Source: Patescibacteria group bacterium (GTDB lineage Bacteria; Patescibacteriota; JAQUNI01). From it: a stretch of DNA of 64,000 nt. Below, in pieces: positions 48,722-57,312 of this stretch. The position numbers and the translations under genes were made by a program. Under the pieces are notes generated by a model, which saw only the letters and a program-made list of their open reading frames with translations, was not told the DNA's origin and did no database searches. The stretch lies in the NCBI GenBank assembly GCA_028717685.1, contig JAQUNI010000001.1:54306-118305 (forward strand), given 5' to 3'. The first letter of the stretch is position 1. Every line of letters begins with the position of its first letter.

Positions 48722-48765
48722 GATAAACCCCGTTAGATCCCGTTAGAAATATATTTCTAACGGGG
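48722..48765. repeat. copy of the CCCGTTAGAAATA palindromic motif (perfect 26-bp palindrome)
   Basis: cccgttagaaatatatttctaacggg is a perfect palindrome, preceded by a direct half-site ccccgttaga. Confidence 0.6.
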
Positions 48766-48931
48766 CCACGCGTAGTTTAAAAACCACGCTCAAGGTGTTT
48801 TTATATTATATAACCAAAGACACTAAAGAAGCAATACCTCCCAAAGAAATATGACGAAATCCTTATCTCGCGGAGACAAATGCCTTTTAAATATTCTAAC
48901 ATTACAACTTCTTAAATTTACCAACTATTCT

Positions 48932-50707
48932 TTAGGGAAGGGCGCTTAAAACTTGAACTTCTATCTTTTTCTCCAAGGCAGGAACCTTTCGAACCCAAAA
49001 TGGCCAAAGGCGAATATCTACCTGCCGTACCTCCGCAAGCGATTGCAGATATTTTTGAGCCGCTTCTTTGTTTAAATTGACAATCTTTTCCTTAACCTTC
49101 CCCTCGTCAATTTTCCAAAATACCTCCTTTTCTATATGCACCGTCATTAGGGCTTTTTTTTCATTTAAATCAACGCTCTCTAACTTATAACTTACCCCCT
49201 CTTCAGAAAGATTAAGGATATATTTATCGGTTCCCAAAAGACTACTTACCGCGCGCAAGGCCGCATCCCGAGCCTCTTCTTGGGAAAAAATGAGCGCCCT
49301 CATTTGAATTTTAACGACGGTCTCAAATGTATCCGCTTCCTCGTCAACCTTCTTACTGTGTTTCACTTCCGAAACCTCGCTAATAAGCGCCCCCTCGGAT
49401 AAGGTAAACCCAGCAGGGAGATTATTATTAATTTCTGCGCGGGCGCTAGACGTGAGACTCTCAGTAATCGCTTTTTGCGCTTCCTCTAAATCCTTTTGGG
49501 TTACTATTTCTATATCGCGCGAAATTCCACCGACGAATGGATTACTGCTCTTCGCATAAATCTTCTCTTGTTTAGCGGGCGAAAAGGCCACGATGTAAAA
49601 ATCCGATGGTCCGATATTGCCTTCGGGACCAGCCTGATCCGCTACCACGCCGACCTTCACGCTGCCCGGAATCACCTTGCCTTCGCCAGAAACTGACGCA
49701 GGAGGAATAGTCACCTGACTTTCTGTCCGAAATAAAATATTTTCTCGCGACATTAAACGAGTAGTGGGCACAAGGAGCTGACTCACGCCCAATTCATTAT
49801 AAAGGATGACCTCTCCCCGCGCTTTTTCTAAAACCTGTTTCTTTCCCGTAGGTTTAAAAATTCGCGTTTCCTGTTTTTCCAAAGTAATGATCCGCCCGCT
49901 AATGCCCTCTTTTGAATTATCCGTTGCAGGGACGTCAGCTTTCACGACAAGGCTCACGTTCTCGCTCAAAGGTTCACTCTTGGGCACAATCGTAACCGTT
50001 GCCTTTGGTAAAATCAAAAAAATAATCACTAAAATCAGAAAAAAGCTAAAGCCGATAAATCCTAAACCCACTTTTGCCGAAAGAGAGGAAAGCCTTGTTG
50101 TTTTTCGTTTAGATCTCTTCTTTATCCTCCCTCTGTATTCTCTTTCGGGAGAAGGGTCCGGCGGGCGGGAAGAATCAGATTCCACAGGCGACGACCTCCG
50201 CCTTGGATCGGCGAGACTAGTCTGCCCAGAGGAAGAATCTTGCCGTAAAGGGTAAAACTTATTGCTCTTGGCACGGCGAATAATATCAGACACAGAGACC
50301 GCGGCCACGCCATCAGGGGACAAAAATGGATTGGCGGCTCGCGGAGAAGATTGACGCCAATCTTCTCTTTGCGGGATTGGATTTCCCATCTTCGTCTCTT
50401 GCGGCTTTTCAATCTCCGTAGTCAAGACTGCTTGGTTGCCTACTTTTTCTCGGACTTCTAAGCCGGCGCGAGTAGCCAGATGCTTCCCCAGTTGATCGGC
50501 GGTAACAATAATAATCTTTCGGCCTAAAATGTCACCCTGGCTTTTTAAAAGCTTCAGATTGATGAAACTTTGCGAGAGGAGAGCCCTTTGAGGAATTACC
50601 AAAATAATCTCTCTATCGGTAATCTTCCGAATCCGATCAATTACGCTCGTAATCTCTTCATCAATATCAATGTAAATGGTTTTCATAATAATAAACTCAA
50701 AGCTCAA
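48932..50707 (-). CDS. hypothetical membrane-anchored protein
   Basis: 591 aa; N-terminal soluble region, Ser/Pro/Arg-rich linker, single central TM (GLGFIGFSFFLILVIIFLIL), large C-terminal domain. No motif recognised. Confidence 0.45.
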   Translation of the reverse strand: MSFEFIIMKTIYIDIDEEITSVIDRIRKITDREIILVIPQRALLSQSFINLKLLKSQGDILGRKIIIVTADQLGKHLATRAGLEVREKVGNQAVLTTEIEKPQETKMGNPIPQREDWRQSSPRAANPFLSPDGVAAVSVSDIIRRAKSNKFYPLRQDSSSGQTSLADPRRRSSPVESDSSRPPDPSPEREYRGRIKKRSKRKTTRLSSLSAKVGLGFIGFSFFLILVIIFLILPKATVTIVPKSEPLSENVSLVVKADVPATDNSKEGISGRIITLEKQETRIFKPTGKKQVLEKARGEVILYNELGVSQLLVPTTRLMSRENILFRTESQVTIPPASVSGEGKVIPGSVKVGVVADQAGPEGNIGPSDFYIVAFSPAKQEKIYAKSSNPFVGGISRDIEIVTQKDLEEAQKAITESLTSSARAEINNNLPAGFTLSEGALISEVSEVKHSKKVDEEADTFETVVKIQMRALIFSQEEARDAALRAVSSLLGTDKYILNLSEEGVSYKLESVDLNEKKALMTVHIEKEVFWKIDEGKVKEKIVNLNKEAAQKYLQSLAEVRQVDIRLWPFWVRKVPALEKKIEVQVLSALP

Positions 50708-50736
50708 ATGTCAAAACTCAAAACTACAGGTCAAAA

Positions 50737-51096
50737 CTAAAAATTTTTCTTTTTATATTTTTTTAAAAGTTGATTTAATATTTTCAATAAAGGTTTTCGC
50801 CAATCATCTTCTAACTGAGATTTGATGAGTTGCACTAATATCTTATCTCCTGAAGTCAGATGCAATTTTTCCAACTTTTTACATTGAGCTAAAATTTCAA
50901 AATCAATATCGGTGGCTAAAACATATTTGCTTTTCTCTAATGGGGTTAACTGAAACTGCTTTGTCAATCTCTGTTTTCTTCTTTGAAGTAATTCCTGATA
51001 ATGCCTATCTTCTTTTAAAACTTTTCTTAATTTATATCCCTGATATCCTAGATTCAGATAAAAATCTTCAATCGCTTGCATTGATTTCTCTTGCAT
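50737..51096 (-). CDS. hypothetical protein
   Basis: 119 aa basic ORF immediately downstream of the FtsA-like gene on the same strand. Confidence 0.4.
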   Translation of the reverse strand: MQEKSMQAIEDFYLNLGYQGYKLRKVLKEDRHYQELLQRRKQRLTKQFQLTPLEKSKYVLATDIDFEILAQCKKLEKLHLTSGDKILVQLIKSQLEDDWRKPLLKILNQLLKKYKKKNF

Positions 51097-51118
51097 AACT
51101 TTTAACTTTTAACTTATC

Positions 51119-52417
51119 TCATGTTTGCATCATCCTCACCACGCGCCTTAAAATGCCGCCCATCGCCCCTTCCTCGCCAGCTAAATCCAGAGCCAAGTTT
51201 GCGAGCGCCATTGGCGTCACATCTTGAGTCTGGGTGAGTTTCCCGGTTTGATCCACAATATTTACCACTTCCTCCGGTTTAATAAAACTTACTTGCGGCA
51301 GTTTGGCAAAAGCTAAATCTTCTGACCAGCGAGGATTCACAATACTCGCTTTGATTTCCGGCAAGAGAGAGCCGCCGCCGCAAAGCAGAATCCGCGAAGG
51401 CAATAAATCAGATTCAGTAAACTCTGATAAAGCGAGTTCCAAACCCGACATCCAGACTCGCGTATCGCCGGCCAAAACTTCTTTAACGCGATTGAGCTCT
51501 CTTATATCTAACTGACCTAAGGAATATTTGATTTTTAATTCCTCTGCCTCGGGCAATCCTATCCCTAATTCTTGAGAGATTCTTTTGGTAAAAGCGCGTC
51601 CGCCGAGGGCGAACATTTTGGTCCCCTCCACACCTCCATTGCGCACGACCGCGATATCCGTCGTCCCGCCGCCTACATCAAGAAAAATAGCGGAAAATTC
51701 CGGCGCGTCTTCAAGCCCCAAGGAACGCGCCACGGCGTAAGGCTCGGCGGCGATAGAGAGTAAATCTAAATCTAATTCCGCGGCAATAGTCTGAAGCGCG
51801 CCCAAGTGCACTAAAGGGGCGTAAGCATTGAAGATGCCAATAGAGACATCTTTGCCTTGAAAACCCAAAGGATTAGTCACCCTGTAGCCATCAATCCTGA
51901 CATCCACAATCGCCGCGTTAATCAATTTCACGTCAATCTCCGCGTGCCCTGTTTCCCAAGCAAGCTGCTTCCTTACTTTATCAAAAGCTTTCCATTGCAC
52001 CTTATGCAGAATATTCTTTAATTCCGGCATATCAATCTTGGTTTTAGGCTTCAATCTTTCATAATGCACGGTCGTTGTGGACCCTTTAACAAGTTCGCCA
52101 GCAATACCCAAAATAACCTGCGTGGGGCGAAAACCCACTTCCTTCTCCGCTTCCCGGATCGCTTTCTCGCAGGTAGTGACGACGCCGGCAATATCCGTCA
52201 CCGCGCCTGATTGCATGTCGCCGAAAGCCTGATTCGCGCGACCCACTCCACCAACATAACCTTTACCCTCTTTAGAATCTACCTTGAAAATCAAAGCCTT
52301 TACTACCGCTGTCCCGATATCCAAAGCAAGAGCGTAATGGTTCTTTTCCTTTCTTTTTTTTAATCTTGCCAATAATCCCATAGTAATCCTCTTAAAAACC
52401 CAAAAATTTCCCCGCAA
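51119..52417 (-). CDS. actin-like ATPase of the FtsA/PilM family (probably cell division protein FtsA)
   Basis: 432 aa with LALDIGTAVVK, DVGGGTTDIAVV and LCGGGS motifs and an inserted subdomain resembling FtsA 1C. No ftsZ adjacent, so the assignment is tentative. Confidence 0.55.
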   Translation of the reverse strand: MRGNFWVFKRITMGLLARLKKRKEKNHYALALDIGTAVVKALIFKVDSKEGKGYVGGVGRANQAFGDMQSGAVTDIAGVVTTCEKAIREAEKEVGFRPTQVILGIAGELVKGSTTTVHYERLKPKTKIDMPELKNILHKVQWKAFDKVRKQLAWETGHAEIDVKLINAAIVDVRIDGYRVTNPLGFQGKDVSIGIFNAYAPLVHLGALQTIAAELDLDLLSIAAEPYAVARSLGLEDAPEFSAIFLDVGGGTTDIAVVRNGGVEGTKMFALGGRAFTKRISQELGIGLPEAEELKIKYSLGQLDIRELNRVKEVLAGDTRVWMSGLELALSEFTESDLLPSRILLCGGGSLLPEIKASIVNPRWSEDLAFAKLPQVSFIKPEEVVNIVDQTGKLTQTQDVTPMALANLALDLAGEEGAMGGILRRVVRMMQT

Positions 52418-52625
52418 AATTAGGAGTTGATTTTTATTAACAGATGAGGTTTAAAATCGTTTATTTTTTTATTCAGGCGTTCCTCTCTACTTCATTTCTT
52501 TAAAAAATACAACATATCACAAAAAATATGACCTTCAGCGATAAAATATGTCTCGCCTCTTACTGAAATAATTATACAATTTTTGTCTTGATTTGACAAA
52601 TGTTTATCCACAAAGCCTTCTGCTA

Positions 52626-52654
52626 TTGACTTTTCCTGATTTTTATATTATATT
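52626..52654 (+). promoter_or_regulatory. candidate sigma-70-type promoter for the rlpA-like gene
   Basis: TTGACT, 17 nt spacer, TATATT; downstream gene has AGGGAGG ribosome-binding site. Confidence 0.35.
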
Positions 52655-52696
52655 AAACACTCCCCAAAAACCGAAAAAATAGGGAGGAAAAACAGA

Positions 52697-53281
52697 ATGA
52701 TAAAAGTATGGCTTGTCCTTATTATTTCTATGTTGGCAGGGGTGCTCGTTTATCAACTCACACATCCCGCGATACCCATTACGCCTACGCAGAATTTGCC
52801 GACTCAACGGTCCGAGAAAAAAGAAAATGCGCGGAAAACAATTTTATGTCGTAACGTTCATTATACCATAACAACATCGCGCTTGCCCCGCAGCAAGATA
52901 ATGCAAATTAAAATTGAAGCGCTTGCCAGTTGGTATGGCGAAATATTCCACGGCAAAATAATGGCGAATGGCGAAAAATTTGATAAAAATAATTTCACTA
53001 TTGCCACGAATCTATCAAAAACCATTCTACCTTTAAACCAAAGGGTGACGGTGCAAAACCCGCGGACTAAAAAAGAAGTCATCGCCCGCGTGACCGATCG
53101 CGGACCGTGGGATTGTGCTATGGAGAATGGTAAAATAGAACTAGTATATCTGAATGAACATCTCGTGCCTCATCCCGAAAGAAAGTTTGACCTTTCCGAA
53201 AGGATGGCGCGCGAGTTAGGTTTTTGGGAAAAAGGGGTAGAGAAGATTATTATCCTCTTCTCCATACCCGCAGAGTCTTAA
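52697..53281 (+). CDS. RlpA-like double-psi beta-barrel protein (septal lytic transglycosylase family)
   Basis: 194 aa, N-terminal TM/signal, DPBB signature ASWYG...GKIMANGEKFD...VTDRGPW. Confidence 0.7.
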   Translation: MIKVWLVLIISMLAGVLVYQLTHPAIPITPTQNLPTQRSEKKENARKTILCRNVHYTITTSRLPRSKIMQIKIEALASWYGEIFHGKIMANGEKFDKNNFTIATNLSKTILPLNQRVTVQNPRTKKEVIARVTDRGPWDCAMENGKIELVYLNEHLVPHPERKFDLSERMARELGFWEKGVEKIIILFSIPAES

Positions 53282-53300
53282 AAAAGACTCTTTTTTATTT
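53271..53300 (+). terminator. intrinsic terminator after the rlpA-like gene
   Basis: agagtctt-aaaa-aagactct stem-loop overlapping the stop codon, followed by TTTTTTATTTT. Confidence 0.65.
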
Positions 53301-53403
53301 TATCTTTATCCCTTCGCCTTTTTAGAGAAGAATACTCCGCAGTCTCTGCGGAGTGATAGATTTATATATCAATCCATCAAACAGCTTATCCCCCATTCAA
53401 TCT

Positions 53404-53432
53404 TTGACAAAATTAATATTCAATTATATAGT
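53404..53432 (+). promoter_or_regulatory. candidate sigma-70-type promoter
   Basis: TTGACA, 17 nt spacer, TATAGT, about 30 bp upstream of the 53465 gene. Confidence 0.4.
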
Positions 53433-53464
53433 ATCATCAGAAACTTAAAAAAACAAAAAACCTT

Positions 53465-54166
53465 ATGGAAAAAACAAAAAAATCTCCAACTACCTCTCTT
53501 AAAACAGTCCTGACCTTCATCTTGTTATTGCTTATTACCGCCGTCTTAATTTGCGCTGGTTACTGGTATAAGGATAATAAGACGGATCAAACGCAAAAAT
53601 CCGCTCCCGCGCCAGCAGCAACAACAACCAAAAAAAATAATACAGGAGTCTGGAATACATATGTAAATCAGAGATTTAATTATTCCGTGCAGTATCCCCC
53701 TAAATTAATCTTAATGCCTCTTTCCGAGGGGGATAATCCCTTCACGGACGCTGTAGAAATAGGCGATGAGGGCACCTTCATCGTGGAAAAAACAGAAACA
53801 CCAGGCGAGACGGACAAAACAATGGTTGTTGAGGGCATCTATTTAAACGACCAGAATAAAAATCTCACCCTTAAAGAATTCGCAGAAACCCAAGGTTCAT
53901 TTATTAATCTCTGTCATGAAGATAGACCAGAAAAAACCCAAGAAGTAACCGCTAAAAACGGCGCTAAAGGAATTGAAGCCTGGTATTGGGTTAAAGAGGG
54001 ATGCGAGGGAGCAGAGGCAAGGAAGTTAAATGATCCCTATGTTTTCTTTGACGCGCGACCAACTAACGATGTGATCATTGAATTATATGAAGGTCAAATA
54101 GATGATGTATTTCCCGAAATCGTCTCCACCTTTACTTTTATTGAACCTCGTAACTACGGAGATTAA
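53465..54166 (+). CDS. hypothetical membrane-anchored extracytoplasmic protein
   Basis: 233 aa, N-terminal TM anchor (VLTFILLLLITAVLICAGYW), Ala/Thr-rich linker, globular domain of unknown function. Confidence 0.45.
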   Translation: MEKTKKSPTTSLKTVLTFILLLLITAVLICAGYWYKDNKTDQTQKSAPAPAATTTKKNNTGVWNTYVNQRFNYSVQYPPKLILMPLSEGDNPFTDAVEIGDEGTFIVEKTETPGETDKTMVVEGIYLNDQNKNLTLKEFAETQGSFINLCHEDRPEKTQEVTAKNGAKGIEAWYWVKEGCEGAEARKLNDPYVFFDARPTNDVIIELYEGQIDDVFPEIVSTFTFIEPRNYGD

Positions 54167-54437
54167 TCCTCGCCCCAATAATCTGAAACCGTAATATATC
54201 GCACTAAAAGAAACGATCGGCGTAAAACATAAGTTTAATTATCAAAAAGGCTTTAAAGCACCATAAATCCCGCGCCTTTGCGAGCGGAATAAAAAGACCT
54301 TGGAAGGTAAGGGATTTTTTGATACCTAACTTGCCTAACGGCAGGTATTCTTCTCTAAAAGGCACGAGATAAACCATTCATCTCTAATGAATAGTTTTTT
54401 TTAAATTAAAAAACCTAGCAAAAAATGCTAGGGTAAT

Positions 54438-54803
54438 CTAAGAGATATCAAACACCTGAAAATCACTGCCTATGGCGACGAAGTAACCCGGACGACCGAA
54501 TTCTCCTGCCACTATTGTCCAAAACAAAGACCAAAGCAATAAAGATTGAGATGAACTTTGATGCCGCATACACAATGTGTATAGCGTTTTTGTGGACATC
54601 CCCAGGCTTTGCCGAGAATGACCGCCACCAAGCTCAGTCTCCAGAGCGGGAGGACTAATTATGTCTTCCTCTCTAATCGCATCATACTCGGCGAGTAGCG
54701 CGGATGGCAAATTATTTCGGATCAACTCCTTGTTATTGGTCTCGTTCTTTCCCATATGAAAACCTCCTTCACAAAAAGAATCTAGCTGAACTTTTCCCAA
54801 CAC
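54438..54803 (-). CDS. hypothetical protein (uncertain ORF)
   Basis: 121 aa ORF with atypical composition, overlapping the nitroreductase stop by 22 bp; a hairpin plus T-tract on the minus strand at 54400..54434 lends some support. Confidence 0.25.
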   Translation of the reverse strand: MLGKVQLDSFCEGGFHMGKNETNNKELIRNNLPSALLAEYDAIREEDIISPPALETELGGGHSRQSLGMSTKTLYTLCMRHQSSSQSLLLWSLFWTIVAGEFGRPGYFVAIGSDFQVFDIS

Positions 54804-55291
54804 ACAATCTCTGTAATGTTCTTGCGCGGCTTTGCCGCTGGCGTTTCATCTGGAACGCCAATAGGTAAAAGGGCGACTATTTTATATTTCTCCGGCACTT
54901 TTAATATTGCTTCTACTTTCTTTTGATCAAAAGAGCCAATCCAGCAAGCGCCCAATCCTTCCGCGGTGGCTTGCAGCGCCATATGCTCCACGGCAATAGC
55001 CAAGTCTACCGCATAGGCGGGAACTTCGCAAGACATCAGGCTTTTAGGATTCAAAGCCACAGCCGCGATCACAACAGGCGCCTCGGCGATAAAACTTTGG
55101 TTGGCAACAATACTAATCTTCTTGCGAATCTCTGTGTTGCGCACCACAATAAATTTCCAATCCTGGGCATTATGCGCCGAAGGGGCGAGCCGTGCGGCTT
55201 CCAAAATTTTATTCAGTTTTTCTTCAGGCACAGGATCCGCTTTGTACCTTCGAATACTGCGCCGTTCGCGAATTGCTTGCGTAACATCCAT
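54782..55291 (-). CDS. nitroreductase family protein
   Basis: 169 aa, N-terminal RRSIRRYKADPVPEEKLNKILEAARLAPSAHNAQDWKFIVV typical of the NADH/FMN nitroreductase fold. Confidence 0.8.
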   Translation of the reverse strand: MDVTQAIRERRSIRRYKADPVPEEKLNKILEAARLAPSAHNAQDWKFIVVRNTEIRKKISIVANQSFIAEAPVVIAAVALNPKSLMSCEVPAYAVDLAIAVEHMALQATAEGLGACWIGSFDQKKVEAILKVPEKYKIVALLPIGVPDETPAAKPRKNITEIVCWEKFS

Positions 55292-55294
55292 ATT

Positions 55295-55702
55295 TTATTT
55301 TTTCACTTTTTTAAAGCCTAAACTTTTTAATACTCTTATTGCCTGAATTAAATCCTTATCCTTCACTAAAATATGATCAGTGGAATAACTGGAAAGGACG
55401 AAAACACTGATCTTTGCCAGAGCTAACGACGTAGTGACTTTTGCCAGAAAACCCACTAATTCAAAGGGGAAAACTAAATCAAAAGTAATTATTTTCCATC
55501 CATTTTCCACGGATATTACACCATATTCAGGAATTTTCTCTTGTTCTATCACGACAGTGGTTTCCTTCTGGTCTTGGATCACCGCAAACGCATTAGGTAA
55601 AGGTCTCTTGGTTTTCAAAACTGCGTAAGTTTCATGGTGGATATAGATTTTTCCCTCCTTAAAATAATTTTTTAGTTCACTTTGATTTTGCTGACGGGCC
55701 AT
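55295..55702 (-). CDS. ACT domain-containing protein
   Basis: 135 aa; C-terminal region fits a beta-alpha-beta-beta-alpha-beta ACT-like pattern. Confidence 0.45.
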   Translation of the reverse strand: MARQQNQSELKNYFKEGKIYIHHETYAVLKTKRPLPNAFAVIQDQKETTVVIEQEKIPEYGVISVENGWKIITFDLVFPFELVGFLAKVTTSLALAKISVFVLSSYSTDHILVKDKDLIQAIRVLKSLGFKKVKK

Positions 55703-55854
55703 AATGACATTTGCGGGTTTTAATTTTAGAAATCTCTAAATTTTTTCGGTACCGAAAACTTGCCGATGTCCGATACGCCGGCCGACCTTTGCGACTGCCA
55801 ATTTTGGCATAATTTCTCATATCAAAATTATCACCCCTCTTACACTCAATTGCT

Positions 55855-56289
55855 TTACTTTACTTTGCGTGGCACCATGTCTTTTGGCTTATCCTTGATA
55901 TTTAAGAAATCCATAATACCTGATTTTATTCCCTCTAAAGTTTTGCTATTGTGCAGGCCAGCTTTCTCCGCCTGATTATAATCCAAGAATGATAATGCGC
56001 TTTCCCATTGCTCATTGTGGATATTTCCGATATTTTTCAAAGATAATTCCCCCCAAATGGCGTCAGAGGCATTCGTATTGCCTGGTTCACTAAACGATAG
56101 AGTGATTTCTCCCCTATTTTTGAGAGCAAAGTAGATTGGTCCACCCCCTTTTTTTAAAGAATTTCTTAAAAGGTCTTTATTCATAGCAGGCGGATCTATC
56201 CGGAAGGTATAACCTTTTTGCTCTTCGCTTTCAGGAGATAAATCTGGGTCCCCAGCTTCTTCAGGGTTAAATTTGATTTCTTCAGGCAT
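55855..56289 (-). CDS. hypothetical protein
   Basis: 144 aa ORF, no motif recognised. Confidence 0.4.
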   Translation of the reverse strand: MPEEIKFNPEEAGDPDLSPESEEQKGYTFRIDPPAMNKDLLRNSLKKGGGPIYFALKNRGEITLSFSEPGNTNASDAIWGELSLKNIGNIHNEQWESALSFLDYNQAEKAGLHNSKTLEGIKSGIMDFLNIKDKPKDMVPRKVK

Positions 56290-56705
56290 AGATTTGGTTT
56301 TAATTAGTTAAATTAATTGTCTAACTGCTATCCCGCTGCAGAGGCATCTTGCTTATATTATATCAAAAATTTTGGAAATAAAAAGGGCTATACCGCGAAC
56401 TTTTCGGAGGTCAGACGAAAGTCTGACAATTACCCTCGCGCGACCTCCGCGTGTCAAGCTTTCGCTTGACCTCCTTATGCGCGCCGCAACTTTTTGGAGA
56501 AAATAAAGATAAAACACGAAGCATTCTGCTACTGGGGCGCGTGCGTTTCTGGATTTCTGCTCCCTTGTCTCTTATCAAATATTTTGGTAATATTAGAATG
56601 TGGCAGGCGGTAATGTTCATATATAAAGTATTCCGCAATTTAATATTGCTAATAAATTATAATAAACTCGGGCAAAATCAATATAAAAACGGATAAGGGG
56701 AAAAA

Positions 56706-56861
56706 TTGGCTTATCATAAGGGAAAATTAGCCCATCTTGTCGATGTTTCCAATAATACGGTTACTGACATTAAAGCAGGAAAACAAGGTAATCTCACTAT
56801 AAGAAACTCTAAAAAAATCGCCAAAGCCCTCGGTATATCTGTGGATAATTTTTTAATATAA
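56706..56861 (+). CDS. small helix-turn-helix (XRE/Cro-type) protein
   Basis: 51-codon ORF with TTG start, not in the ORF track: HKGKLAHLVDVSNNTVTDIKAGKQGNLTIRNSKKIAKALGISVDNFL matches helices 2-5 of XRE-type HTH domains. Start codon uncertain. Confidence 0.35.
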   Translation: MAYHKGKLAHLVDVSNNTVTDIKAGKQGNLTIRNSKKIAKALGISVDNFLI

Positions 56862-56870
56862 TACATTCAT

Positions 56871-57242
56871 ATGGCAACAACAAAGAAAAAAATTCTCATC
56901 ATAGAAGACGAAAAGCCAATGGCACGCGCGCTTGAACTTAAACTCACGCACGCGGGCTTTGAGGTGAAAGCGGTATTTAATGGCGAGGAGGGAATCAAAC
57001 TTCTCCAAGAAGAAACCTACGCGCTCATCCTTCTCGATTTGGTAATGCCCAATGTGGACGGATTTATGGTACTGGAGATCCTTAAAGAGAAAAAAATAAA
57101 AACTCCGGTCATGGTTCTTACTAATTTGAGTCAAGATAAGGATGAGGAGCGTACGAAAGCGCTCGGCGCAAAGGAGTTTTTTATTAAATCCAATACGACA
57201 ATTGCAACCATCGTTGAGAAGGTAATAAAACTTCTAGAATAA
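56871..57242 (+). CDS. stand-alone response regulator receiver domain (CheY-like)
   Basis: 123 aa: KILIIEDEKPM (acidic pocket), phospho-acceptor Asp in ILLDLVMP, T/K in VMVLTNL...K. Confidence 0.8.
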   Translation: MATTKKKILIIEDEKPMARALELKLTHAGFEVKAVFNGEEGIKLLQEETYALILLDLVMPNVDGFMVLEILKEKKIKTPVMVLTNLSQDKDEERTKALGAKEFFIKSNTTIATIVEKVIKLLE

Positions 57243-57312
57243 CTATTTTCTTGTGAACCCCGCTAGAGTTATTTTTATGGTTAAAACGGGGAAAAAAATA
57301 AAAATATAAAAT

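Noticed and set aside
56440-56470. Hammerhead-like ribozyme suggested by a GAAA tetraloop hairpin followed by GUC
   Set aside because: The conserved CUGAUGA core is absent and the three-helix junction cannot be drawn.
56411-56696. Two overlapping ORFs (75 aa minus, 81 aa plus) in the 56.3-56.7 kb intergenic region
   Set aside because: They overlap the GC-rich hairpin element, have no ribosome-binding site or recognisable motif, and their composition is dictated by the palindromic structure.
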